Origin: a virus
Virus record (IMG/VR): IMGVR_UViG_3300045988_179274
Coordinates: 1-43,506 of that record
Length of the DNA stretch: 43,506 bases
Strand: one strand, 5' to 3'
Position numbers and translations under genes: made by a program. Below, in pieces: positions 13,275 to 21,659 of the stretch; within the stretch, counting starts at the first letter, position 1; every line of letters begins with the position of its first letter. The notes beneath the pieces are model-generated. The model saw only the letters and a program-made list of their open reading frames with translations, had not been told where the DNA came from and ran no database searches.

Positions 13275-14057
13275 ATGCACTATTACACGCACAACATTGG
13301 CGAATTCGCGGCGAAGACGCGTTTCCTGACGCCCGAGCAGATCGGCATCTATGTGATCTTGAAAGACGAATATTTTGCGAATGGCATGCGAATCGCATGC
13401 GATCGCATTGCGAACTTAATGCCACTGGAGTGCGAATCGAGTCTTCGCATCGTTTTGAAGCGTTTTTTCACTGAAAAAGACGGTTTTTATGTCTGTCATG
13501 AGTTCGATGAAGAGCTTGCTAGCTTCAAAGATAGGGGTTCGATCAACGCCGAAAACGCAAAAAAACGCTGGTCAAAGAAGCGAGTCGCATCCGAATTGTC
13601 TGCGAACGCATGCGAATCGCATGCGAACGTATCCGAAGCGCATGCGAAACCATGCCTAACCAATAACCAAGAACCAATAACCAATAACCAAGAACCAGTA
13701 GTAGTAGCTGCTCAAGAAAAAGTAGAAAAAGAAGCGAAAAACTCGAAAAGAGAGCCGACCGTTTCTTTCCCTGACGAACTGCCCGACGAGTGGCGTACAG
13801 CGGCTCAGAGCATCCGCCGGGACATCACGCCTGAGCGCGTGTTCCTCAAGCTCCGCGGTCGCTATGCGCCGACCACGACGAAGAAAACCGTCGGCAACTG
13901 GCGAAAAATTTTCCTCGGCTGGATCGGCAGAGAGTACCCGGAGAGCTCTCAGAGCAAGACAACCGTACCTGACCACAAGAACACGCACATTCGCTTCGAC
14001 GAGGACTACTACGCCGATGCGAAGAAACCCGATGGAAGCATCGACTGGGGAATCTGA
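13275..14057 (+). CDS. DUF1376 (YdaU)-family replication initiation-associated protein
   Basis: N-terminus MHYYTHNIGEFAAKTRFLTPEQIGIYVILKDEYF matches the DUF1376 pattern. The gene contains the iteron clusters. Confidence 0.7.
   Translation: MHYYTHNIGEFAAKTRFLTPEQIGIYVILKDEYFANGMRIACDRIANLMPLECESSLRIVLKRFFTEKDGFYVCHEFDEELASFKDRGSINAENAKKRWSKKRVASELSANACESHANVSEAHAKPCLTNNQEPITNNQEPVVVAAQEKVEKEAKNSKREPTVSFPDELPDEWRTAAQSIRRDITPERVFLKLRGRYAPTTTKKTVGNWRKIFLGWIGREYPESSQSKTTVPDHKNTHIRFDEDYYADAKKPDGSIDWGI
13387..13697. repeat. Candidate replication origin: two clusters of helically phased TGCGAA iterons plus a 21-nt tandem repeat and an A-rich tract
   Basis: TGCGAA/T at 13387, 13398, 13409, 13431 and at 13601, 13611, 13622, 13643. 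CCAATAACCAAGAACCA occurs twice, at 13660 and 13681. Confidence 0.6.
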
Positions 14058-14929
14058 TGAAACTCGAAAACGAATTTTTGGACGAAGCCGAACCGATGCC
14101 GCTCGGCACAATCCTCAACTGCAAGGATTTCGGCGGCTTGCACTGGCACGACGAGCAGCGCAGCTGTCCGCTTCACGGCCCGTACCTGGCGCGAGTCGTT
14201 TTTGCCAACGGCCAAAAGCAAAGCGACGGCTACTGCCCGGAGTGTCGCCGCATTCTCGAGCAGGAGAGAGCAAAGGTGCAGGCGGCTGAGATGGCGCAGA
14301 TGGAAGCTGAGCGCGAGCTGCGACGCATCGAGGAGTCTCTCGGACGAGCCTGCATCCCCGAAGACTTTGCCGAAAAGTCCTTCGAGACTTTCGATGCCGA
14401 TACCGACGAGCTCAAGCAGGCGCTGGACCTGTGCAAGCGTTTCGTAGCGGGTTGGGACAAAGCCAGGGCAGGCGGCTATGGCCTTCTTTTCTTCGGAAAC
14501 CCCGGCACGGGAAAGAGTCATCTGGCGGTTTCGATCCTCAAGGAGCTTATCCCCCAGGGCGTCACGGGCCTCTACACGCGCGTGTCGGACTTAATCGGCT
14601 ACATCCGCGCGCAGTGGCGCCCGGACTCCGAGACGTCTTCCTATGCCGCCGTTCGCCGGTACGTCGACCTTGACCTTCTCGTGATCGATGAGCTCGGCGT
14701 GCAGTCCGGCACCGCCAACGAGCAGGCGCTGCTCTTCGAGGTGATCGACGCGCGGCTGTCAGAGAACCGCCCGACCATCTTCCTGTCCAATCTCAAGCCA
14801 AAGATGCTTGCGCCTGTGATCGGTGAGCGCCTCGTCGACCGCATAAAGGGAAAGTGCGTGGCGCAGCGCTTCTCCGGTGAGTCCCGCCGCAAGCCGCTCT
14901 CGGCGGACGTTTTCGGGGTGGCGGTATGA
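14057..14929 (+). CDS. DnaC/IstB-like AAA+ helicase loader
   Basis: Walker A GNPGTGKSHL and Walker B LLVIDELG. ATGA overlap with the upstream gene. Confidence 0.85.
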   Translation: MKLENEFLDEAEPMPLGTILNCKDFGGLHWHDEQRSCPLHGPYLARVVFANGQKQSDGYCPECRRILEQERAKVQAAEMAQMEAERELRRIEESLGRACIPEDFAEKSFETFDADTDELKQALDLCKRFVAGWDKARAGGYGLLFFGNPGTGKSHLAVSILKELIPQGVTGLYTRVSDLIGYIRAQWRPDSETSSYAAVRRYVDLDLLVIDELGVQSGTANEQALLFEVIDARLSENRPTIFLSNLKPKMLAPVIGERLVDRIKGKCVAQRFSGESRRKPLSADVFGVAV

Positions 14930-15258
14930 GCCAGATCCTCCACGACTCCGACTGCGCCGTGCACAACGAGCCTGCTTATCCGGCAGGCCCGTGTGATTGT
15001 GGAGCACAGGCTAAAGCTCAGCGTAGATATCTGAGATTCCTTTATCTCCGGGCTTGTAGCCGACTGGCGCGGTTTCGAAACGAATCCCGGTATCGACTAG
15101 CGCTTGCATGTCTGAGACACGGTAAAGCGTCCAAAACGGAACGCGTCGTCCTGACTGGCTACCGCCTTCTGCTTGGTAGCCGCGAAGCACGAGGTTTTTT
15201 GCGCTACTTAGGCCGAATGCGGCAGGTACAACAGTACGGCTGTAGCCGTGATAGGTGA
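14926..15258 (+). CDS. Small Cys-rich protein (only the first ~30 codons look genuine)
   Basis: ATGA-coupled to the loader gene. It starts MSQILHDSDCAVHNEPAYPAGPCDCG, then turns into an Arg-rich shadow of the antisense gene 15011..15310. Confidence 0.3.
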   Translation: MSQILHDSDCAVHNEPAYPAGPCDCGAQAKAQRRYLRFLYLRACSRLARFRNESRYRLALACLRHGKASKTERVVLTGYRLLLGSREARGFLRYLGRMRQVQQYGCSRDR

Positions 15259-15310
15259 ATCGAACGATGTGTCTCTCTTGAATGGCGCGACACAAAACAT
15301 CTCTAACCAT
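15011..15310 (-). CDS. Small WYL/SH3-like domain protein (antisense moron in the replication module)
   Basis: ATG 15310 lies after GGAGGA. IVRFTYHGYSRTVVPAAFG...LRGYQAEGGS...WTLYRVSDMQAL resembles WYL-type domains. The patch looks AT-richer by eye. Confidence 0.5.
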   Translation of the reverse strand: MVRDVLCRAIQERHIVRFTYHGYSRTVVPAAFGLSSAKNLVLRGYQAEGGSQSGRRVPFWTLYRVSDMQALVDTGIRFETAPVGYKPGDKGISDIYAEL

Positions 15311-15393
15311 AGAAAGAAATCCTCCGTGGGGTGGTTGATGAGCGTTCTGGCGAGAACACTTCAATCATCTCACGGGGGACCAAGGGAGGAAAT

Positions 15394-15540
15394 ATGGTTT
15401 TCAAAGTGGATTTGTCCGGTGACGAAATCGTCACGCTGCTCGCGGTCATGGAGTCCTCGGGACACACGGCCCTGGCCGTCAAGGTGCGCGACCAGATCCA
15501 GACGCAACGGGAGGAGGCCGGCGATGACGCAGAAGAGTGA
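15394..15540 (+). CDS. Hypothetical small protein
   Basis: ATG 15394 is preceded by GGGAGGA. 48 aa. Confidence 0.5.
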   Translation: MVFKVDLSGDEIVTLLAVMESSGHTALAVKVRDQIQTQREEAGDDAEE

Positions 15541-15736
15541 TCAGCGCGAGAGGGACGCGTACCGAACGGGCCGGCACGCGGGCCTGGAGGATGCATGCCC
15601 GAGCCAGTTCGCGCCGTCAATGGGCGGGCGCTCAAGCCCTTTGTGGCAGTCCTTCATGCTCGGCTACCTCGAGGGCCGCAAGGAGCGCTTACGAAATCTT
15701 GAAGCTCAGCGCAAGGGAGGCGGGCATGTTCGCTGA
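15524..15736 (+). CDS. Ribosome-modulation-factor (Rmf)-like small protein
   Basis: ATG 15524 lies after GGAGGAGG. The ERDAYRTGRHAGLEDACP......W..G spacing resembles the E. coli Rmf motif ERAHQRGYQAGIAG....CPY...W.GGW. Confidence 0.45.
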   Translation: MTQKSDQRERDAYRTGRHAGLEDACPSQFAPSMGGRSSPLWQSFMLGYLEGRKERLRNLEAQRKGGGHVR

Positions 15737-16103
15737 AGGCTTGGCCGCACAGAAAAAACTCATGGCGCGTGGCCGCTTGAAGGCCGGCACCATGAACCGC
15801 ACCGAGAAGTCCTACAGCGTTTGGCTTGAAGGCGAAAAGCACGCGGGGCGCATTCAGGCCTGGTGGTTCGAAAGCCTCAAGGTGAGAATCGCCCAGGACG
15901 CGTGCTGGTACACGCCCGACTTCATGGTGCTGATGCCCGACGGCACGCTCGAGCTGCACGAGGTAAAGGGCAGCCCCGCGATCTTTGCCGATGACGCAAA
16001 GGTCAAGGTCAAGGCGTGCGCGACGCAGTATCCCTTCCCTGTGAAGGTCGTTTATCCGAAAACCAAGAAATCAGGAGGAGGCTGGGATGTCCAGGCCTAC
16101 TAA
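15726..16103 (+). CDS. Putative PD-(D/E)XK nuclease (DUF1064-like, resolvase candidate)
   Basis: ATG 15726 lies after GGGAGG. The pattern YTPDFMVLMPDGTLELHEVKG with a downstream K resembles DUF1064/VRR-NUC type nucleases. Confidence 0.45.
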   Translation: MFAEGLAAQKKLMARGRLKAGTMNRTEKSYSVWLEGEKHAGRIQAWWFESLKVRIAQDACWYTPDFMVLMPDGTLELHEVKGSPAIFADDAKVKVKACATQYPFPVKVVYPKTKKSGGGWDVQAY

Positions 16104-16320
16104 GAACCAGGGAGAAAAGGATGTCTTCGAACCCAAAGAGTTCGTTTCGAGCTTTCTACCACCAATGGCAACAGCTCTCCTTGTTCGAGCAGCTCGAGCG
16201 GCCGCCGAGCTCCCGGAGGACAGCGTCGAGCGAAAGAAGCTCATCGAGGACGCCATTGCGAAGACCCGAGAAATGTGCCCGAATCACTTCAGGCGCGGGG
16301 ACTCGAATTGTGGCTATTAG
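16087..16320 (+). CDS. Hypothetical protein
   Basis: 77-aa ORF with AGGAGGAGG upstream. Confidence 0.55.
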   Translation: MSRPTKNQGEKDVFEPKEFVSSFLPPMATALLVRAARAAAELPEDSVERKKLIEDAIAKTREMCPNHFRRGDSNCGY

Positions 16321-16528
16321 CGACAGAGGCGTGCGCATCGGCGAGGATTCGATCTTCGCGCGCTGGACCGACCACGAGGTCGACCAGGTCCTGGCCCTGC
16401 GCGAAGAGGGCTGCGCGATACGAGAAATCGCGCGGATTATGGACATGCCGAAGTCCACGGTGTGGGCCCTGTGCGCGGGGATCATCCGCGGCAAATTGCC
16501 AGCACGATATAAGAGGGTGAAGCGATGA
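16310..16528 (+). CDS. HTH-domain protein (possible late regulator or terminase accessory)
   Basis: C-terminal part of ORF 16016..16528, starting at GTG 16310. WTDHEVDQVLALREEGCAIREIARIMDMPKSTVWAL is HTH-like. The start is uncertain. Confidence 0.45.
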   Translation: MAISDRGVRIGEDSIFARWTDHEVDQVLALREEGCAIREIARIMDMPKSTVWALCAGIIRGKLPARYKRVKR

Positions 16529-16887
16529 CTGACAGCGAGAAAAAGCCCGCCCGCCCGGGCTCTGAAAACTTGGTGACGATGCGGGAGCGAAGCAAGGAAG
16601 AAGCAAGGGCCTTGGGCAAGAAAGGCGGCATCGCCTCGGGCAAGACTCGCCGTGAGCGCAAGACCTTCAGGGAGCTCTTTAACGTGGCCCTTGCGGCCCG
16701 CAATGAGCAGCTTGGCTGCACCAACGCCGAGGCCATCGTGGCCGCCATGATCGGCACGGCTCTGGACGGGGACACCAAGGCTTTCTCGGCCATTCGCGAC
16801 ACCATCGGCGAGAAGCCCGTCGAGATGGTCACCAAAGCGCTGTCGGGCGATGTCACCTTCAAGTGGGGCGAGAAGACAGACGAATGA
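16525..16887 (+). CDS. Putative terminase small subunit
   Basis: 120 aa, basic N-terminus GKKGGIASGKTRRERK. ATGA-coupled to terL. The call rests on position and composition only. Confidence 0.5.
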   Translation: MTDSEKKPARPGSENLVTMRERSKEEARALGKKGGIASGKTRRERKTFRELFNVALAARNEQLGCTNAEAIVAAMIGTALDGDTKAFSAIRDTIGEKPVEMVTKALSGDVTFKWGEKTDE

Positions 16888-18224
16888 CAGAGATCGTAAT
16901 CCCGTACCAGCCTAGATTTCCGCAGGACGAAATCCACCGCCAGCTCGAGACGCACCGCTTTGCCGTGCTGGTGGCGCATCGACGCATGGGCAAAACGGTT
17001 CTGGCGGTCAACCACCTGATCAAGCGCGCCATCGTCGACGGCAAGGAGCGCGGCTTTTACGCCTACCTTGCGCCATTTCGCATTCAGGCCAAGGCCATCG
17101 CCTGGGCGTACCTCAAGCACTACACGGCCCCTATCCCAGGGCTCAAGGTCAACGAGGGCGAACTCAGTATCGTTCTGCCCAACGGTGTGACCATCCGCAT
17201 CTTCGGCGCCGACAACCCCGACGCGCTGCGCGGCCTGTACTTCGACGGCGTCGTGCTCGATGAGGTGGCTCAGATGAAGCCCGAAGTTTGGGGAGAGATT
17301 CTCCGCCCGGCCCTTGCAGACCGTGGGGGCTGGGCCGTCTTTATCGGCACACCCAAGGGCGTCAACCTCTTCTCCCAGACTTACGACAAGGCGCTCGAGC
17401 TCATGGGAAAAGGTGATCCCGAGTGGGTGTCCATGCTCTACAGCGTCGAGCAGACGCACGTGATACCCGACAAGGAGCTTGAGGCCCTGCGGCAGGAAAT
17501 GAGCGAGAACGAGTTCAGGCAGGAATTCCTGTGCGACTTCAACGCCGCGGCGAACAACGCACTCATCAGCATCGACGACGTGCGCGCTGCAGCCGGTCGA
17601 CACTACGAAGAAAAGGACTACGCCTTCGCGCCGCGCATCATGGGTGTGGACGTGGCTCGCTTTGGCGACGACGCAAGCGTCATCTTTAAGCGCCAGGGAC
17701 TTGCGGCCTTTGAGCCTATCGTCGTCCGCAAGTTCGACACGCAGGCCGTGGCCGACCGCGTGGCAATCGAGATGATGGCTTTCCAGCCTGACGCTGTTTT
17801 CATCGATGCGGGTGCCGGTGCCGGTGTTATCGACCGCCTTCACCATCTCGGGATGGACGTTACTGAGGTGCCCTTCGGCGGCCAGGCCGTGGACCCTCAG
17901 CATCACAACCGCCGGATGGAGATGTGGTGGGGTGTCCGCGAGTGGCTCCGATCAGGAGGCGCGATTCCTTCGAGCGTGCAGTTGCAGGCAGACCTTTGCG
18001 CGCCAACGTATGGCTACACCCCCGCAGGCAAGAAGATTCTCGAGCCAAAGGAAAAGCTCAAAGAGCGCATCGGACGCTCACCTGACCTTGCCGACGCTCT
18101 TTGCCTGACCTTCGCCGCCCCCGTGCGCCCCGCCATCGATCGCAACCTCGAGCGCCAGATCTACGGTGATCGTCATCAGGACTGGGACGCGGACGACGAG
18201 TTTGACCGCGCTTGGCGTCGATAG
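16884..18224 (+). CDS. terL: Terminase large subunit
   Basis: Walker A-like VLVAHRRMGKT and Walker B GVVLDEV. The C-terminal nuclease region has DVARFGDD. ATG 16884 overlaps the terS stop. Confidence 0.9.
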   Translation: MTEIVIPYQPRFPQDEIHRQLETHRFAVLVAHRRMGKTVLAVNHLIKRAIVDGKERGFYAYLAPFRIQAKAIAWAYLKHYTAPIPGLKVNEGELSIVLPNGVTIRIFGADNPDALRGLYFDGVVLDEVAQMKPEVWGEILRPALADRGGWAVFIGTPKGVNLFSQTYDKALELMGKGDPEWVSMLYSVEQTHVIPDKELEALRQEMSENEFRQEFLCDFNAAANNALISIDDVRAAAGRHYEEKDYAFAPRIMGVDVARFGDDASVIFKRQGLAAFEPIVVRKFDTQAVADRVAIEMMAFQPDAVFIDAGAGAGVIDRLHHLGMDVTEVPFGGQAVDPQHHNRRMEMWWGVREWLRSGGAIPSSVQLQADLCAPTYGYTPAGKKILEPKEKLKERIGRSPDLADALCLTFAAPVRPAIDRNLERQIYGDRHQDWDADDEFDRAWRR

Positions 18225-18234
18225 TGTCCATAGA
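18222..18234 (+). promoter_or_regulatory. Stop-associated conserved motif TAGTGTCCATAGA (copy 1, overlaps terL stop)
   Basis: Identical 13-mer at 35640..35652. Variants at 20660..20670 and 26510..26520. Confidence 0.6.
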
Positions 18235-18263
18235 CGAGACGCAAACCATGGGAGGATGCGCTC

Positions 18264-18707
18264 ATGAAATTTGAAGTCATTTCGCCATTGGAAGCGACGC
18301 GCTCCTGTCGTGAGCTCATTGAAGAGAACTTTGCGGAGTCGGGCATGCGCGGCACCAAGCTCAAGCTGCAGGAAGAGTTCTATCGGTCCCTCGCGGGCAC
18401 GCCGTCTTTCTGCATTGTGGCCAAGGTAGGTGCCGAGCCCGTTGGCCTTGTGTGCGTTCTCATCCTGCGGCACATGCACACGGACGAGTGGATCGCCACG
18501 AACGACACGCTTTTCGTGTCCAAACCTTGGCGTCCGACGGGCGTCGGCGGCCGACTCTTCATCCGGGCCGAGCGCCTGGCCTACGAGCGGGGCGCAACCA
18601 CTTTCCAATGGCAGACGGATGAGGATTCACCGCTTGATGCCGCCTTGGCGCGGCGTGAGCATTTCGAAAAACAGGTAACCTACTTTAGGAAATTGCGTCA
18701 TGGGTAG
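18264..18707 (+). CDS. GNAT-family N-acetyltransferase
   Basis: 147 aa. LFVSKPWRPTGVGGRLFIRAERLAYERGA matches the acetyl-CoA binding motif A (R/Q-x-x-G-x-G/A). Confidence 0.7.
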   Translation: MKFEVISPLEATRSCRELIEENFAESGMRGTKLKLQEEFYRSLAGTPSFCIVAKVGAEPVGLVCVLILRHMHTDEWIATNDTLFVSKPWRPTGVGGRLFIRAERLAYERGATTFQWQTDEDSPLDAALARREHFEKQVTYFRKLRHG

Positions 18708-19008
18708 CAGCGTTTTTGGAGCCATCACGGGCGGCCTTCTTGGCACGGTCGAAAGTCTTTTGGGCATTAAGGAGTCTCGGGATCAGAAGGAGCTCGCGGA
18801 AAAGCAGCTCGAGCTTCAGCGCCAGACGGCGCAGCAGGAAGAGCAGACCCGCAATAAAGCGAACCAGCGCAAGCCCGACATCGATTCGCTGTTGAAGGCC
18901 AACACGTCCAGCGGCATGGGGAGCACGTCCCTGACGGGCACCGCGGGCGCGCCTATTGACCCGACAAAGCTGGGCAAGGGCAATAGTCTTCTGGGCGGAG
19001 GCCTGTAA
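18700..19008 (+). CDS. Hypothetical protein (Gly/Gln-rich, possibly virion-associated)
   Basis: 102-aa ORF overlapping the GNAT stop, immediately upstream of the portal gene. Confidence 0.55.
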   Translation: MGSSVFGAITGGLLGTVESLLGIKESRDQKELAEKQLELQRQTAQQEEQTRNKANQRKPDIDSLLKANTSSGMGSTSLTGTAGAPIDPTKLGKGNSLLGGGL

Positions 19009-19010
19009 CC

Positions 19011-20657
19011 ATGCCCGTGACGGATCCCAAAAGCGTACGCCAGCGCTTCCAGGAGCTCAAGGACCAGCGGAGCCAATGGGAGCCGTTATGGCAAGACATC
19101 CGCGATTATGTTGTGCCCGATCTCGGAGTCTTCCCCGGCGAAGAGCAGACCGAAGGCGGCAAACGCTACGCGCGGCTCTATGACGCCGAGGCAACGTGCT
19201 GCGCCGACATTCTGGCAGCGGGGTTGCTCAGCGGCGTCTCCTCGCCCTCTCGCCCGTGGCTCAAGCTCACGACGATGGACCCCGACCTCGACAAAGTGCC
19301 GGGCGTCAAGGAGTACCTCGCGGAGCTCGAGCACCGAATGCTTCTGCGCTTTGCCAAGGCCGAAGCGTACAACGCGCTCCATCAGTCCTACGTTGAGCTT
19401 GCCGCTTTCGGGCAGGCCTGCACCATTATCAAGCCGCACCCGAGCCGCTTGCTTGCCTTGCAGAACCTGACCGTCGGCGAGTACTGGCTCAGTGCCGACC
19501 CGTACGGTACAGTCGACACGATGTACCGCAGGTTTCGCATGACCGCCAAGCAGATCGTACAGCAGTGGGGGCTGGACGAGGTTTCTTCCCAGGTCAAGTC
19601 CGCCTACGAGACCGACCCGTTCAAGCGCTTTGATATCGTCCACGCCATTGAGCCGCGATGGGACCGCGACGAGGCCAAGCGCGACAAGCTCAACAAGCCA
19701 TTCAAGTCGATCTACTTCGAAGAGGGACAGGACGATTCGCTCCTCTCTGAGTCGGGCTTTGATACCTTCCCCGTCATGTGCCCGCGGTGGATGACGTGCG
19801 GTCCTTCGGTGTACGGCCGCGGCCCCGGCGCTCGGGCCCTGTCGGCGAGCAAGTCTCTGCAGCGACTGCAAAGCCGCCTCGCCACGCTCGTGGATTACCA
19901 GACGAACCCGCCGCGCAGCTACCCCGCCTCATACAAGGGCACGCTCTCCGAGTTTCGGCCCGGGGGACTTATCCCCATCACGACGCAGGACCAGCCTGCG
20001 CTGCGCGTGGCCTGGGAGCCTGCGGGCGACGCCAATGCCGTGCAGGCCCTCATCATGGCCCGCAAGCAGGAGATTCAGCGTTACTTCTTTGCGAACGTTT
20101 TCCAGATGATCGCCGCCAGCGCGGGCGATCAGCGTACGGCCACGGAAGTGCAGGCTCTCGAGCAAGAAAAGGTCTTGCTCCTTGGTCCCGTGCTCGAGCG
20201 CCTGCACTCCGAGTTGCTCGATCCGCTTGTCAGCACGACCTTCAACTTGATGGTCGAAAACGACGAGCTTCCCCCGAACCCACCAGAGGAACTGCTCAAT
20301 CGCAACCTCAGCGTCGAGTACATCAGCGTCTTGGCCAAGCAACAGAAGAACGCCAGCATGCAGGGCATCGTCAATGCGGTCACGCAGATCGGCGCTCTGG
20401 CGCAGATGAATCCGACGGCTCTCGACAAACTCGACACCGACGCTGTGATCGATGAGCTGGCGGATATGAATGGCGTGCCGCCCTCGCTCATTGTGGCCGG
20501 CCAAAAGCTTGCCCTTATTCGTCAGACTCGCGCCGAGCAACAGCAGGCCTTGGCTCAGCAACAGCAGTTTGCCGAGGCCGCCAAGGTGATGAAGGACGTG
20601 GGATCCGCAGCCGACTCACAAGGGCTCCAGCAGGCCTTGGCCGAGCCCGCTTACTAA
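19011..20657 (+). CDS. Portal (head-to-tail connector) protein, T7/podovirus type
   Basis: 548 aa. N-terminus ...RFQELKDQRSQWEPLWQDIRDYVVP... is typical of the T7-like connector family. It sits after terL. Confidence 0.8.
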   Translation: MPVTDPKSVRQRFQELKDQRSQWEPLWQDIRDYVVPDLGVFPGEEQTEGGKRYARLYDAEATCCADILAAGLLSGVSSPSRPWLKLTTMDPDLDKVPGVKEYLAELEHRMLLRFAKAEAYNALHQSYVELAAFGQACTIIKPHPSRLLALQNLTVGEYWLSADPYGTVDTMYRRFRMTAKQIVQQWGLDEVSSQVKSAYETDPFKRFDIVHAIEPRWDRDEAKRDKLNKPFKSIYFEEGQDDSLLSESGFDTFPVMCPRWMTCGPSVYGRGPGARALSASKSLQRLQSRLATLVDYQTNPPRSYPASYKGTLSEFRPGGLIPITTQDQPALRVAWEPAGDANAVQALIMARKQEIQRYFFANVFQMIAASAGDQRTATEVQALEQEKVLLLGPVLERLHSELLDPLVSTTFNLMVENDELPPNPPEELLNRNLSVEYISVLAKQQKNASMQGIVNAVTQIGALAQMNPTALDKLDTDAVIDELADMNGVPPSLIVAGQKLALIRQTRAEQQQALAQQQQFAEAAKVMKDVGSAADSQGLQQALAEPAY

Positions 20658-20659
20658 TG

Positions 20660-20670
20660 GTGTCCATACA
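20660..20670 (+). promoter_or_regulatory. Stop-associated motif variant GTGTCCATACA (copy 2, 3 nt after portal stop)
   Basis: See 18222..18234. Confidence 0.5.
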
Positions 20671-20681
20671 GGGAGCAAGAC

Positions 20682-20996
20682 ATGGATCAGACTTTGCCGC
20701 AAGAAGAGGGCATCTTCGCCGAACAGGAGCGCATCAAGCTCGAAGCCTTGGAGGCCAAAAAGCGCGAGGGGCTGCTCGACGCGGACCTGCGTTCTGTCCT
20801 ATCCACAACCACGGGACGCAGGGCGCTCAAGTGGATCCTCGATCAAACGGGCTTGTTCGAGTCGGTGAGCTCCACAGATCCGACATCGATGGCGCTTCTT
20901 TCCGGACGCCGCGATGCGGGCCTTGCGATCGCACGCCGCCTGCAAAGCGTCGATGAATCACTCTTCTACCAAATTTTCAAGGAGTCCGATAGGTGA
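20682..20996 (+). CDS. Hypothetical protein (Bbp19-like by recollection)
   Basis: 104-aa ORF between portal and scaffold. LRSVLSTTTGRRALKWILDQTG...LLSGRRDAGLAI resembles the Bbp19 family. Confidence 0.5.
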   Translation: MDQTLPQEEGIFAEQERIKLEALEAKKREGLLDADLRSVLSTTTGRRALKWILDQTGLFESVSSTDPTSMALLSGRRDAGLAIARRLQSVDESLFYQIFKESDR

Positions 20997-21631
20997 CTGA
21001 AGAAATCGCAACCACCGAAGCGCCGGCAACTGAAGTTGTCGAAGACGGCATCGGTGTTGAAGCTCCCGCCCAAGCCCCTGCGGCTGAAGGCACCGCTCCC
21101 CAGACCGCTCCCCAGACCGAGGCTGATGAAGCCGGCATCGGGGCAGAGCCAGAACAGCAGGCCGCTCCTGCGGCGGCCGAGTACACCACGGACGGGATCG
21201 AATTGCCCGAGGGCATGGAGCTTGATACGAAGGCCGTAGGCCAGCTCGCCGATGTGTGCCGTGAGCTGAAGGTTTCGCCAGAGGCCTTCCGCACCATCAC
21301 GGCCAAGATGACGCCCGTTCTCGCGGCCCGTCAGGCCGAGCAGTTGGGCGAAGTGCGCAAGGCATTCTTGGCTCAGGGCCGCGCCGACAAGGAAATGGGC
21401 GGCGCGAACTGGGCGGCAACTAAAGCCACGGCCAGCAAGGCCTTCGCCAAGTTCGTCGACCCAGAGACGCGCAGTCTCTTCGTCAAGCTTGGCCTGGATT
21501 GCCACCCGGGCGTGATCCGCGCGTTCAAGCGCATCCAGGAGTCCGTCTCCGACGACGTGGTCGTGCGCGGCGAGACGGCGGCACAGCGCGACGTGCTCAA
21601 GAACTTCTACGACCATTCGGACATGAACTAA
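20993..21631 (+). CDS. Putative scaffolding protein
   Basis: 212 aa, with an acidic Ala/Glu/Pro-rich N-terminus and a helical remainder. It sits between portal and capsid. Confidence 0.6.
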   Translation: MTEEIATTEAPATEVVEDGIGVEAPAQAPAAEGTAPQTAPQTEADEAGIGAEPEQQAAPAAAEYTTDGIELPEGMELDTKAVGQLADVCRELKVSPEAFRTITAKMTPVLAARQAEQLGEVRKAFLAQGRADKEMGGANWAATKATASKAFAKFVDPETRSLFVKLGLDCHPGVIRAFKRIQESVSDDVVVRGETAAQRDVLKNFYDHSDMN

Positions 21632-21659
21632 TTATTAACCCTAACCAGCAAGGTGAAAA

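Noticed and set aside
13387-13697. CRISPR-like array. Short regularly spaced repeats occur here, and also at 38991..39341.
   Set aside because: The repeats are 6-17 nt iterons with helical phasing inside a coding gene, or in-frame protein blade repeats. There is no 25-40 nt repeat/spacer architecture and there are no cas genes.
16482-17906. Long antisense ORFs: 16482..17906, 27696..28925, 28944..30677 and 32565..33818, plus 5662..6540 and 7501..8175 on the plus strand, among others.
   Set aside because: They are Arg/Gly/His-rich, low-complexity, lack SD sequences, and lie entirely opposite strongly supported genes. These are typical shadow ORFs of GC-rich coding DNA.
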